Below, piece by piece: positions 1 through 10,741 of a stretch of 41,428 nt of DNA. Origin of the DNA: an uncultured Verrucomicrobiae bacterium. GTDB lineage: Bacteria; Verrucomicrobiota; Verrucomicrobiia; Palsa-1439. The position numbers and the translations under genes were made by a program. Position 1 is the stretch's first letter. Every line of letters begins with the position of its first letter. The stretch spans positions 1 to 41,428 of the forward strand of contig CAVYAC010000076.1 of NCBI GenBank assembly GCA_963766065.1, in the 5' to 3' direction. A model generated the notes under the pieces. The model ran no database searches and was not told the origin of the DNA. It saw nothing but the letters and a program-made list of their open reading frames with translations.

Positions 1-222
1 AACGTGGGACAGGCGCGGCAACGGATGGTAGTAGTGCTCCGTGCTTGTAAACGCCCATTTCACCGCGTTCCAAGTCAGGCCGTTGCATCGCACCGCTTGT
101 TCCAGGTACTCCTTATCGTCCACATCCAGGAACTCGCCCTTCACGCATGGCCAGTGCAGCCAGACAGAGACCGCAAAAATCACCAGGCCCATCCCAAGCA
201 ATTTTATGCGGCTGACGTTCAT
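1..222 (-). CDS. N-terminus of a membrane glycosyltransferase/TPR (TMTC-like) protein, runs off the window edge
   Basis: Manual translation MNVSRIKLLGMGLVIFAVSVWLHWPCVKGEFLDVDDKEY...GLTWNAVKWAFTSTEHYYHPLPRLSHV shows a TM helix, DD motif and YHPL motif typical of this family; not in the ORF track because it has no stop in the window. Confidence 0.7.
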   Translation of the reverse strand, partial: MNVSRIKLLGMGLVIFAVSVWLHWPCVKGEFLDVDDKEYLEQAVRCNGLTWNAVKWAFTSTEHYYHPLPRLSHV

Positions 223-364
223 GCAAATCGAAAGCATCTGGCTTTCCCACCAATCCAATCACACGTCCCGCCCACACGCAATCGAGAACCCGGCCTGTGT
301 GTCAGCAGCCGCAGCGAGATAGGCGTCTGCCGGGATGTGGGTGATGGGATGAAGCCGCTCCGCG

Positions 365-1813
365 CTACGGTGTAATGACAGCCCGGTAGAAGCGTTGCGG
401 GGGCAATGGTTCCGCGAGATCGATCAACACCAGAGGGCCGCCGATGCTGGTGAAGGTGCCGCCGGTATTGAGCCAGTTGGTGGGGGACATCGAGTCGGTG
501 TATTGCAACTGATACGTCTCCCCGGCCACGGAGGGGATCGGGAGGGCGACAATCGTGCTATCCTGAACATTGAAGAACTGAATTTCGGAGATCTGATTGA
601 CTGGAGGGTTGAGGGGAACAGTCAGTTTGAATACAACGCCGTCGTTGCTCGTCCCGCCTCCGTACGTCGTCCCGTAGAGATTGCCGTCGCTGCCCTGCAC
701 CAGGCTAGCTGGACTGCCTCCATCGCTGGGGGAGCCGCCAAAGGAGTAAAGATTCGTGTAGGTGCCGCTGGGACTGATTCGGAACACGGTGCCGACGCCG
801 TTCGTCCCGCCGTATTCGGCTATCCCGTAGAAATTGCCGTCACTGCCCTGCACCAGCGCAGCTTGTGGATTGCCCCCATCGCAGGGGGAGCTTCCAAAGG
901 AGTAAAGACTCGTGTAAGAGCCGCTTGGGCTGATTTGAAACACGGTGCCGCCCCAGGTCGTCCCGCCTATGACGGTCGTCCCGTAGAAATTTCCGTCACT
1001 GCCCTGTACCAGGTTAGCTCTTGGAAGGATACCATCGTTCGAGAGGCCGCCAAACGAGTAAAGAGTCGTCTCCGAGCCGTTGGGGCTAATCCGAAACACG
1101 CTGCCATCCCCGATGTCAGGTATGCCGAGTGTCCCGCCGTAGGCGGTCGTGCCGTAGAAATTGCCGTCGCTGCCCTGTACCAGCCCGGCTTGCGGGTAGC
1201 GTCCATCGGTGGGGTAGTCAACAAACGAGTGGAGATTCGTGTAGCTACCGCTGGGACTGATCCGAAACACGGTGCCGTAGTTGTTCGTCCCGCCGTATTC
1301 GGTCGTTCCGTAGAAATTCCCATCGCTACCCTGTACCAGCCCGGCAACCAGATAGCGCCCATCGTTCGGGACGCTGCCAAAGGAGTGCAGATTCGTTTCG
1401 CTCCCACTGGGGCTAATCCGAAACACGGTGCCGGCGTTGCTCGTCCCGCCGCCGGCCGTCCCGTAGAAATTGCCGTCGCTGCCCTGGACCAGCCCGTTCG
1501 GGCTGGATCCGTCGCTTGGGGACCCGACGAACGAGTAAAGAGTCGTGTAAGTGCCGCTGGGACTGATCCGAAACACGGTGCCGGCATTGCTCGTCCCGCC
1601 GGAGCTGGTCGTCCCGTAGAAATTACCGTCCCTGCCCTGCACCAACCCGTTCGGACTCGATCCATCGTTTGTGGAGCCGACGAAGGAGTAAAGAATCGTC
1701 TCCGTCTGTGCGTCGGTATTGGACGTGCGACCAGCCAAGACCAACATAATAACTGGGATGACAAGGCGAAGTGGATTTGCCAATGCAAGCCCGACCCAAA
1801 ACCGCTTGTCCAT
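365..1813 (-). CDS. Secreted choice-of-anchor tandem-repeat (GloVer-type) beta-propeller protein
   Basis: Six ~55-aa repeats GLVQGSDGNFYGTT..GG...GTVFRISPSG; N-terminal hydrophobic signal; C-terminal ...QRFYRAVITP domain. ATG 1813 preferred over the TTG-type start at 1876. Confidence 0.85.
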   Translation of the reverse strand: MDKRFWVGLALANPLRLVIPVIMLVLAGRTSNTDAQTETILYSFVGSTNDGSSPNGLVQGRDGNFYGTTSSGGTSNAGTVFRISPSGTYTTLYSFVGSPSDGSSPNGLVQGSDGNFYGTAGGGTSNAGTVFRISPSGSETNLHSFGSVPNDGRYLVAGLVQGSDGNFYGTTEYGGTNNYGTVFRISPSGSYTNLHSFVDYPTDGRYPQAGLVQGSDGNFYGTTAYGGTLGIPDIGDGSVFRISPNGSETTLYSFGGLSNDGILPRANLVQGSDGNFYGTTVIGGTTWGGTVFQISPSGSYTSLYSFGSSPCDGGNPQAALVQGSDGNFYGIAEYGGTNGVGTVFRISPSGTYTNLYSFGGSPSDGGSPASLVQGSDGNLYGTTYGGGTSNDGVVFKLTVPLNPPVNQISEIQFFNVQDSTIVALPIPSVAGETYQLQYTDSMSPTNWLNTGGTFTSIGGPLVLIDLAEPLPPQRFYRAVITP

Positions 1814-1956
1814 ACCCGACGCATCCTCTCCCAGTCGTTGCCTCGCTGCGATCAGGACCCGAGCGACTCTCGCCAATACGGAAATGAGACTAGCATTCCG
1901 GCCATGGCAAGTCGAGCCTTTCCGGCACCCAAAACCAAGGCGATCCCGACCTCGGT

Positions 1957-2179
1957 GGCGGCACGGCGACAGAGCGCCGTGTCTACAAGAGGCGTGCGGA
2001 AACGACAGAGATTCTCCGACGTTGCTCAGGGTGGCAACCGGGGGACTGTGAGGCGGCTGCCTCGGAGAGGCAGCCCTACCAACGACGGCAAGCGGGCCGC
2101 TTGCCCTACAAAACGGACCGCGGTCGGCGCCCGCGGCTACAGCGGAACGGCGGTACGGCGACAGAGCGCCGTGGCTACA
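1957..2179. repeat. Cluster of five GTAG/CTAC-type REP hairpins
   Basis: GC-rich hairpins each followed by CTAC, e.g. GGCTGCCTC-GGA-GAGGCAGCC-CTAC (2055-2079), GGCAAGCG-GGC-CGCTTGCC-CTAC (2087-2109), and ACGGCG-ACAGAG-CGCCGT twice. Confidence 0.7.
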
Positions 2180-2437
2180 CGCGCGGGCGGTTTATCGAGA
2201 TGTGGAATTGACGGGTTTATCTTAATTTGATATGCTCCCATACGTTATGGAGTCTAGTGAAACGCCTGTGCATGCCCTCCGGCGATTCGGCTTCGGCCTC
2301 GCTGGTTTGGCGGGAATTTGGTATGATGCCGACATGAAAGGGTCGTTGATGGGTCGAGGGGATTGTGGGGTTGGAGGGGCAAACGTGGAAGCCGGGCCCA
2401 TGGCAGAGCGGGATAGCCCCCCAAGGGTAAAACTGCG

Positions 2438-2507
2438 AAACGAACCCAATTTTATGCAAGCCGGTGTGGAAAAAGTAATTTTGGAAAGCCAAAAACGAAC
2501 CCAATTT
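2438..2507 (+). repeat. Two direct copies of AAACGAACCCAATTT (dispersed intergenic motif)
   Basis: Exact copies at 2438-2452 and 2493-2507; related copies at 21140-21258. Confidence 0.7.
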
Positions 2508-2680
2508 CGGCCCCTTGATCGGACGTGAAAAAGGCACGTTTGAGGTGGATTGCGACCGGGGCACGGCGTGGTCGCGTCTCGTCCGACTCGGCTTAGCCTT
2601 GGTACGACTCCGGGGGTGCCCAAACCCCTCAATTTGCCCAACATGCTGAATTTGCTACCATCCCCACAGGGCACACGCCG

Positions 2681-4849
2681 ATGACCACGTCGGAACCATT
2701 GCAGACCGTGGAAGGCACGCTGGAGCATGTCATCTACTCCAACGAGGAGAACCATTACACGGTCGCGCAACTTCTGCCCGAGGGGGGCACGCGGCGGATG
2801 GAGCCGATCACCATTGTGGGCAATCTCGCCGCGCTGAACATCGGCGAGACCGTCCGCGCGCAGGGCCACTGGGTGAACCACAAACAATGGGGGCGACAGT
2901 TCGCCGTCGAGCGGTTCGAGTCGGTGCTGCCGCGGTCGGTCGTCGGCATTAAGAAGTATCTCGGCAGCGGTTTGATCAAGGGGATCGGCGACACGTTTGC
3001 GGACCGGATTGTCGAGAAATTCGGCGAGCGGACGCTGGAAGTGATTGATACGTTTTCGGCGCGGTTGCGGGAAGTGGACGGGATCGGTCCCGAACGCGCC
3101 AAACGCATCAAGGAAGCGTGGACGGCGCAGAAAAGCGTGCGGGACATCATGATTTTCCTGCAGGGGTACGGCATTGGCAGCTCGCACGCGGCGAAGATTT
3201 ACAAACAGTACGGCGAAAACGCGATGGCCGTGGTGCAGGAAAACCCGTACCGGCTCGCGAAGGACATTTCCGGGATTGGTTTTCGCACGGCGGACGGCAT
3301 CGCCTCGAAGATGGGGATCGAACGGGATTCGATTCATCGATTGAAGGCGGGGGTGGTGCACGCGCTGGACCGCGCGACCGACGACGGTGACACGTGCCTG
3401 CCGCGGGAGAAATTGATCGAAGCCGCGCGCGAATTGTTGGAGGTCGAGATCGCGCCGATCGAGAAGGCCATTGAACAACTGTCGGTGAGCGGCGAGGTGG
3501 TCGTCGAGGATGACTACATTTATTTGGCGCGGTTGTGCCGGGCGGAGCGCGGGGTTGCCACCAAGATCCACGAACTGCGATGGGCGCCGCTGACGCTGCC
3601 GGCGATTGATTTCGAGAAGGCGCTTACATGGGTGCAGCAGAAAACCCGTGTCGCACTGGCCGCGGCGCAACGGAACGCCATCCAGACCGCGCTCACGTCG
3701 AAGATTTCGGTGATCACGGGCGGTCCCGGCGTGGGCAAGACGACCATCGTTAACAGCATCGTCAAGATTTTGCGGGCCAAGAACGGAAAGGTATTGCTGG
3801 CCGCGCCGACGGGGCGCGCGGCCAAGCGAATGAGCGAGGCGACGGGCGCGCCCGCGCAAACAATCCACCGGCTGCTGAAGTTCGAGCCGCACGAGGGCGG
3901 GTTTACGCACAACGAACGGCGTCCGCTCCAGGGAGACATGATCATCATCGACGAGACATCGATGCTGGACATTCCCCTCGCCTATCATCTGTTGAAGGCG
4001 ATCCCGCTGACGGCGTCGGTGGTGTTCGTCGGCGACGTGGACCAGTTGCCGTCGGTGGGGCCGGGCAATTTCCTGCGGGATGTGATCGATTCCGACCGCG
4101 TGCCGGTGGTGCGGTTGACCGAGATTTTTCGCCAGGCCAAGAACAGTTTCATCATTACCAATGCCCATCTCGTCAATGAAGGCCGGATGCCGGTGTTGGA
4201 TGCCCGGCAGGAAGCGGATTTTTTCTTCATCGAGGAGGAACTGCCGGAAAAGGTGCTGGCGACGATCAAGGCGTTGTGCGGCGAGCGCGTGCCGAAGAAG
4301 TTTGGGTTCGATCCGATGCGCGACGTGCAGGTGTTGACACCGATGCACAAGGGATTGTGCGGCTCGGAGAATTTGAATCGGGAGCTGCAGACGACGTTGA
4401 ACCCGAGCGGGCCGAACGTGCAGCGCTGGGGGCGCACGTACCGCGTCGGCGACCGGGTGATGCAGATCCGCAACAATTACGACAAGGACGTGTTCAACGG
4501 CGATTTGGGCCGCGTGAAGAGGATCGACCTGATCGAGCAGCAGGTGATCGTCGAGATCGATGAACGGGAGATTCCCTACGAGTTCACGGACATGGACGAA
4601 CTGCTGCCCGCGTACGCCATCAGTGTCCACAAATCGCAGGGCAACGAGTACCCGTGCGTGATCGTGCCGCTGCTGACGCAGCATTTTGTGCTCTTGCAGC
4701 GGAACCTGCTGTACACCGCCATCACGCGCGGCAAGAAACTCGTGATCCTCATCGGCTCGAAAAAGGCGCTAGCCATCGCCATCCGCAACAACAAGACGGC
4801 AGCGCGCTACAGTCGGTTGAAAGAGCGGCTGCGAGGTACGATCCAGTGA
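2681..4849 (+). CDS. recD2: ATP-dependent RecD-like DNA helicase RecD2
   Basis: 722 aa; YLGSGLIKGIG HhH region, Walker A GGPGVGKT, APTGRAAKR, DETSM, GDVDQLPSVGPG, YAISVHKSQGNEY, LYTAITRGK. Confidence 0.95.
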   Translation: MTTSEPLQTVEGTLEHVIYSNEENHYTVAQLLPEGGTRRMEPITIVGNLAALNIGETVRAQGHWVNHKQWGRQFAVERFESVLPRSVVGIKKYLGSGLIKGIGDTFADRIVEKFGERTLEVIDTFSARLREVDGIGPERAKRIKEAWTAQKSVRDIMIFLQGYGIGSSHAAKIYKQYGENAMAVVQENPYRLAKDISGIGFRTADGIASKMGIERDSIHRLKAGVVHALDRATDDGDTCLPREKLIEAARELLEVEIAPIEKAIEQLSVSGEVVVEDDYIYLARLCRAERGVATKIHELRWAPLTLPAIDFEKALTWVQQKTRVALAAAQRNAIQTALTSKISVITGGPGVGKTTIVNSIVKILRAKNGKVLLAAPTGRAAKRMSEATGAPAQTIHRLLKFEPHEGGFTHNERRPLQGDMIIIDETSMLDIPLAYHLLKAIPLTASVVFVGDVDQLPSVGPGNFLRDVIDSDRVPVVRLTEIFRQAKNSFIITNAHLVNEGRMPVLDARQEADFFFIEEELPEKVLATIKALCGERVPKKFGFDPMRDVQVLTPMHKGLCGSENLNRELQTTLNPSGPNVQRWGRTYRVGDRVMQIRNNYDKDVFNGDLGRVKRIDLIEQQVIVEIDEREIPYEFTDMDELLPAYAISVHKSQGNEYPCVIVPLLTQHFVLLQRNLLYTAITRGKKLVILIGSKKALAIAIRNNKTAARYSRLKERLRGTIQ

Positions 4850-4854
4850 ACGGA

Positions 4855-5957
4855 CTAATTACCGCCCGGCTGGCCTTTTTTCGGACTCGGCTGCGAGGCA
4901 GACTGGCTTTGTTTCTCGGAGGTACGTTCGTCGCGGGACGGCTGATTCTGCGGACCGGCTCGCGGGAGGTACGCTGGCGGGGTTGGATGGAATCGGGCGC
5001 GGTGGGGGAATACGGCGACGAACCGCGCGTGCCAAAATTCTGATACGTTGCCTGCACGGGACGTTCCGGTTTTGCGACCGTCGGTTTGATCACGGCCGGT
5101 CGGGGTCCGACGCGTTGATTCCCGGGCGGTTTGTTCTCATAGCCGCCCTGGCCGGTTCCGCCGCGGATGACTTGCGGCTCGCCTTTGCTGGCCTGGCGGG
5201 CTTTCACCGGTTGGCGGACGGGCTGACTGGCGTTTGGTCTGATGATTTCGGGCACGGTCCCCCGGGATTTGCCCGTGGCGCCGCGGTCGAGGGCGGCGCG
5301 CGGTGGCGCCTCGGTCAATTTGCGGGCGCTGACCTTTTGGATTTCGTCCACTTTCGGGCCGCCGTTGACGACCACGTTGTTGACGCGGGTGATGCGGGTG
5401 ATGTTGACGGTCTTGTTGATGACGGTGGTGTTGTTGACAATAACGTCGCGGCGATGAATGGGCTCGGAGAAGTGACCGAGTTCGACAAAGACGAAGAACC
5501 GGTCCGCGACAGGACCATTGTGGTAGACGATTTCGCCCGCCGGCCCAAACACCGCGCCGGGCGGGAGCGGCGCCCAACCACAGTATCCGCCGCCTTCGCG
5601 CCAGCAGACCCAGGATGCGCCCCATTCGGTATCCGGCACCCAGACCCAGCCGTCATAGGGGTCGTACACCCAGCGACCGTAATGGTACGTGGCCCACGCC
5701 CACGGTTCGCTGCTGACCCAGTACCAGCCGCAACTCGTCCACATCCAGTAGCCCTCGCAGTACGGGTACCAATTGGACGAGACATAAGCCGGATGCCAGC
5801 AGCGCCCGTACCCGGGCCGGTTGTCCCAGTGACCGCGCGCTCCGAGCGGGCCATCGAAGATGCTGACCGACCAACTGACACCCGCGCTCGACTCGCTGGC
5901 CGCCAGAGACAGCAGCACCAGCGCCGCACCCAGCGAAATGAATGCTTTTGTCTTCAC
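4855..5957 (-). CDS. Secreted Trp/Gly/Tyr-rich repeat protein (DUF6600-like) with low-complexity tail; probable frameshift near 4980
   Basis: Signal peptide MKTKAFISLGAALVLL; motifs WYPYCEGYW, EPWAWATYHYGRW, WVWVP, GWAPLPP; the alternative frame ends at TAG 4855-4857 and removes the overlap with recD2. Confidence 0.7.
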
Positions 5958-6184
5958 AATCGACAGCGATCCTTCCTCCTCGATCGAGTTGAACAATCCG
6001 GCACGGCCGACGTTCAACGTCAACAACCAACGCTCGGGCGGGTTCCCGTCGAAGTGTCCCCCCGTCTTGCAAAAACCTGATACACGGGGAGCGAAAATTC
6101 AATCGCAAAAATCAAAATTGACTTGGCGGGGGCAACCACGCATCATGCGGGCCACATTGGGATAGCTGTCACGGAGAATGCGGA

Positions 6185-6697
6185 ATGCCTAAATTGCACA
6201 TCCTGTCGGGCCAATTGGAGGGGAAGGTTTTTGATCTGCTGGAGGAACGCGTGGGGGTTGGGCGCGCGTTGGACAACGCGATCCGCCTGGAGGACAGTAC
6301 CGTATCGCATCATCACGCGATGTTTGTGCTCGATGGCGACGGTTACAGGCTCCGCGATCTCAATTCCACCAATGGCACGCGCGTCAACACCATGCGCGTC
6401 ACCGAGACGAAGCTGACCAATGGCGACCAGGTCCGCATGGGGTCCGTCGAGATGCGGTACGAATCCGACCTCAAGAAGACGAGTCAGCCATTGCCACCGT
6501 CGCAAGCGGGCGTGGACATCGCCGAATTGGGCAAGGGCGAGGGTGCGCCTCCTACGTTCGGTTCGGCCTCGCCGTTTGGACGGAAAGCACACGGCGGCGG
6601 CGGCTCGAAGGGAGCCGTGTGGGCGATGCTTGGCCTCGGGCTTGTCGCCGTGCTCGTCCTCGCGTGGTTCGCGTACAGTTACTTCCAGATGAAGTAG
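6185..6697 (+). CDS. FHA domain protein with C-terminal TM anchor
   Basis: VGRALDN, STVSHHHA and DLNSTNGTRVN FHA motifs; hydrophobic C-terminus. Confidence 0.9.
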   Translation: MPKLHILSGQLEGKVFDLLEERVGVGRALDNAIRLEDSTVSHHHAMFVLDGDGYRLRDLNSTNGTRVNTMRVTETKLTNGDQVRMGSVEMRYESDLKKTSQPLPPSQAGVDIAELGKGEGAPPTFGSASPFGRKAHGGGGSKGAVWAMLGLGLVAVLVLAWFAYSYFQMK

Positions 6698-6773
6698 GCG
6701 GCGCCGCGCCGGCTGATTTCCTCGCGCGCCCTACGCGGCTCTCATGGCCTGCTCGATTGCATTCTGAATCACG

Positions 6774-7070
6774 TCATACCTGGCCAGCGTTGCCGATACG
6801 CCACCGAGTTCGGCTTTGACGGCCAGAACCACCGGGCCCCCGGAACATCTGCAGATCAACGCGCCAGAACGACAGCACAACGACAATCGCCATGAGAATC
6901 ACCATCGGGGCCCTCGGAATCAGCATGAGCACCGGAAACCACCTCCCAGGTCGAACCGAAGCGACGCCTACGGAAATAACCGAGTTCGTCCGGATGGTCC
7001 GCCGCTTCGCTCGAATCTCCGACGCCGTGACTCGCAGCGCTTCATCCTCGTAGTAGACACGCTCTTGCAT
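6774..7070 (-). CDS. Small membrane protein (DUF6232-like), 3' end uncertain
   Basis: MQERVYYEDEALRVTASEI...TIRTNSVISV followed by a hydrophobic segment; family call is from resemblance only. Confidence 0.4.
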   Translation of the reverse strand: MQERVYYEDEALRVTASEIRAKRRTIRTNSVISVGVASVRPGRWFPVLMLIPRAPMVILMAIVVVLSFWRVDLQMFRGPGGSGRQSRTRWRIGNAGQV

Positions 7071-7139
7071 GTGAAACTTCCTCACCTTCCGACAGGTGCA
7101 TACTACATCAATCGACGCGACGTGTGAATCCAAAATGCC

Positions 7140-7177
7140 GCGCAACGGCTTTCTCATCACCACATCGATGGAGGGGT
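7140..7177 (+). repeat. 38-bp direct repeat, copy 1
   Basis: GCGCAACGGCTTTCTCATCACCACATCGATGGAGGGGT, identical to 10661-10698. Confidence 0.9.
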
Positions 7178-7306
7178 AAGCGTTGTCCTTAGGACAATGC
7201 CCTATTCTGCTGTACACTGGTTATGGTTTCCGCTAGGTTGTGAGTGGATGCTGCGATGAGATGTGTTTTTCTTTCCTTCCCCTGCCCGGAACGATTCGTC
7301 AAGAGG

Positions 7307-10300
7307 ATGCGACTCGTGGCGGGAATCCTTGCTTTGCTGGCCTCGACGCGGGAACTCCATGCGCAGTCGCTTGCTTTCATTCAGCAGCCGCAGGGTGGCA
7401 CACGCTACCCAGGGGATGGTTTTCTGTTGTCGTGCGTTGTCACGGGCGCCCCATCGATCACCTACCAGTGGTATCAAAACACCAGTCTGCTGGCGGGCGC
7501 GACGAGCAGTCAGTTGTTCCTGTCCAATTTGACGCTGGCCGCCGCCGGCAATTACTCTGTGGTCGCCGCCGACGGTGCCGGCAGCATTACCAGCGCCCCG
7601 GCATCGCTCGCAGTCCTGTCCGACACCAATATCACTGGCACGATCCAGGATATCCGGCACGTCGTGATTTTCATGCAGGAAAACCGGTCGTTTGACGCCT
7701 ACATCGGCTCTCTCGAGGGCGTGCGCGGATTCAACGATCGCAACGCATTGCTCTTAGCAAATGGAAATACAGTCTTCTTCCAGCCCGGCAATGGCAGCTA
7801 CGTGCTGCCATTCCACGTCACCGCGGAATGCGTGGAGGATGACGCGCACAGCTGGGACAACGAACATTCCGTGTGGGACTCGGGCGAATGGGATCAGTGG
7901 GTTGCAGTTGAGGGTACGACCGCCATGTCCTATTACACGCGCGATGATCTGCCGTATCTTTACGCGCTGGCGGAGTCCTATACCGTCTGTGACGCATACT
8001 ATTGCTCGGTGCTGACATCGACATACCCCAACCGACTGTTCTTGATGACTGGCATGAATGACCCGAACGGCACGGGTGGCGGACCGGTGACCGTCAACAA
8101 TGTGCCACGAGGCGGCTATAAGTGGACGACCTATCCCGAGCTATTGCAGGCAGCGGGGGTCAGTTGGAAAGTCTACCAACAAAGCAGTGATTTCTACCCG
8201 CTCAACGCCTTGAGCTGGTTCGCACAATACATGAACGCCCCAACGGGAAGCGCTCTGTATGTTAATGGCCAGGTTCTGGTGAACAATCTCGTCTCAGCAT
8301 TCCAATCGGACGTTGCCAGCGGCACACTAGCCCGAGTTTCCTGGATCATTCCGCCGTGGTCGGAATCGGAACACCCGCCCTTCTCCCCCGCCAACGGAGA
8401 CGTGTTGACAAAGCAACTCTTGGACGCGCTCGCCTCAAATCCAGCAGTGTATAATTCAACCGTCTTCATCCTCGTGTATGACGAGGCCGGAGGATATTTC
8501 GACCATGTCCTGCCGCCGGTCCCTCCTCCGGGGACGACCAACGAATTTGTCGGCGGAGAGCCGATTGGTCTTGGCGCTCGGGTGCCGACAGTGTTGGTTT
8601 CGCCATGGACTCGCGGAGGTTACGTCTGCTCACAGGTGTTTGACCACACCTCGATCTTGCGCTTTCTCGAAACATGGACAGGCGTGAGCGAACCCAACAT
8701 CAGCGCCTGGCGTCGGCAGGTTTGTGGTGACTTGACGTTGGCCTTCAATTTCGTGTCTCCCAACACGAATTATCCCAGTTTGCCCTCCCCCACGAATGAC
8801 GAATGCTCCAGCGGCCTCGCGTTGTCCCCGCCTTCACCGCAATCGATGCCCATGCAGGAAGCGGGTACGCTCACCGCGCGCCTGTTGCCGTATCAGCCGA
8901 ACGCTGGCTCCGCGGCCGATTGCGTTGACGGCTGGCTCTCGATTGCAATGACCAATGCCGGTGCCCAGTCCGTTCACTTCATGATCTTTCCGAACGCGTA
9001 CCGGACCGACGGCCCGTGGCAGTACGATGTCGGCGCAACCAATTCCGTCAGTGACAACTTCAGCGTCCTTGCTTCCAACGGCGGCCTGTACGACCTGACC
9101 TGCTACGGACCAAATGGCTTTCAGCGGCGATTCGCCGGGACGTTGTACACGAACTGCGGCCTGGTAGAGGTGACTTCCGGAATCGACCCCAATGGGGGTG
9201 TCCTCACAGTCGCCATGGAGAATTTGACGGCATCCACCGTTTTCTTCACGGTCACGAATGGGTATCCAACCGGTGGGCCGTGGACCTACAACGTTCCGGC
9301 CGGCACCATTGTCACCGACACGTTTCCCGTCGTCGCGAACAACAGCGGCTGGTACGACCTGACCGCCACGGCCAGCAATGACAGCCTTTTCGTCCGGCGG
9401 CTTGCTGGCCACATCGAGGCGACCGACTTTTCGTTGCTGGTCACTCCGACTGCCCAATCCGTGACCAACGGTAGCAACGCGACGTGCACGGTGACTCTGG
9501 GGGCGATTGGCGGGTTCAATGGGATTGTGATGTTGAGCGTGACCGGCCTGCCGGGAAGTGTCAGCGCGGGGTTCAGTCCCCCCTCCGTCACCGGTTCCGG
9601 GACTTCGACGCTGTCGATGATGATTTCCAACGGCGCCGCGCCGGGCAACTACCCGCTGACCGTCGTCGGAACCAGCAGCAACTCTACGCACACCGCCACG
9701 ACCACGCTGACCATCGAGGCGACCGACTTTTCGTTGCTGGTCACTCCGACTGCCCAATCCGTGACCAACGGTAGCAACGCGACGTGCACGGTGACTCTGG
9801 GGGCGATTGGCGGGTTCAATGGGATTGTGACGTTGAGCGTGACCGGGCTGCCGGGAGGTGTCAGCGCGGGGTTCAGTCCCCCCTCCGTCACCGGTTCCGG
9901 GACTTCGACGCTGTCGATGGTGATTTCCAACAGCGCCGCGCCGGGCAACTACCCCCTGACCGTCATCGGAACCAGCAGCAACTCTACGCACACCGCCGCG
10001 ATCACGCTGACCATCAATCTCCTCGACACGGGCTGCGACGAGATTCCGAACTGGTGGACGCAGCAGTACTTCGGAAGCCCAACCGGTCCGGGTCGAACCT
10101 TTCCATGCCCTGGCAGGATGCCGATGGCACCGGCCAAAACAACTTTTTCAAATACGTTGCGGGGCTTGACCCGACCAACCCAGCCTCGGTGTTCGTCCTC
10201 AACTGCGCGAGCGTCTTCAACCAGCCGCAATGGCAGACTCTGTTCTTCAGCCCGGTTGTCGGAGGTCGCACCTACACACCAGAATTCAGCACCGATTTGG

Positions 10301-10431
10301 TGAACGGTGTGTGGATGCCACTCACAACGTACATGGGGCCTGTGACCAACAACGTCAATCAGGTCACGATTACCGACACGAATCCAATTCCGCCGCAGGA
10401 GTTCTACCGCCTCTTGATTTCCATGCCGTGA
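7307..10431 (+). CDS. Secreted phosphoesterase/phospholipase C (PlcN/PlcH family) with Ig-like, DUF756 and duplicated beta-rich domains; frameshift near 10085
   Basis: IRHVVIFMQENRSFD, STYPNRL, SEHP, YDEAGGYFDHV, IGLGARVP, FDHTSILRFLE, WRRQVCGDLT, YGPNGFQRRF; C-terminus continues in the frame of ORF 9784-10431 ending QEFYRLLISMP. Confidence 0.9.
9413..10015 (+). repeat. Intragenic tandem duplication, 2 x 300 bp (100 aa)
   Basis: Units starting at 9413 and 9713 (IEATDFSLLVTPTAQSV...) are nearly identical at nucleotide level. Confidence 0.95.
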
Positions 10432-10660
10432 GGCCGGAGCCACCGTTGCGGCTGAATGGTTGGTTTCGTAAGACGCATCGGTCAAACCTTGCACTGGCTC
10501 GGCGTATGAGCCCGCTGACCAACGGCATTGGTTCAGCGTGCGCGCCGCACAACCGTTGTGCACCTGCTGCTGGCAAGGCGCGGCGTGCGCGCGCGAATTC
10601 AGTCTTGCTGCGGCGGATCACGAAACGCTGCCAGGGCCGGTGCCGATGAATACGAGCGCT

Positions 10661-10741
10661 GCGCAACGGCTTTCTCATCACCACATCGATGGAGGGGTGA
10701 TTGCGCTTGACTCGTGTTTACGAGACTCTAAAGTAACCGAG
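10661..10741 (+). repeat. 38-bp direct repeat copy 2 plus promoter-like extension shared with 11227-11278
   Basis: 10661-10698 is identical to 7140-7177; the extension has TTGACT-N16-TAAAGT, and the third copy has TCGACT-N16-TAAGCT. Confidence 0.8.

Noticed and set aside
395..2230. 611-aa plus-strand ORF, and similar long ORFs at 2222-4684, 4983-6080 and 30452-32977
   Set aside because: Antisense shadows of well-supported genes in GC-rich DNA; no recognisable motifs
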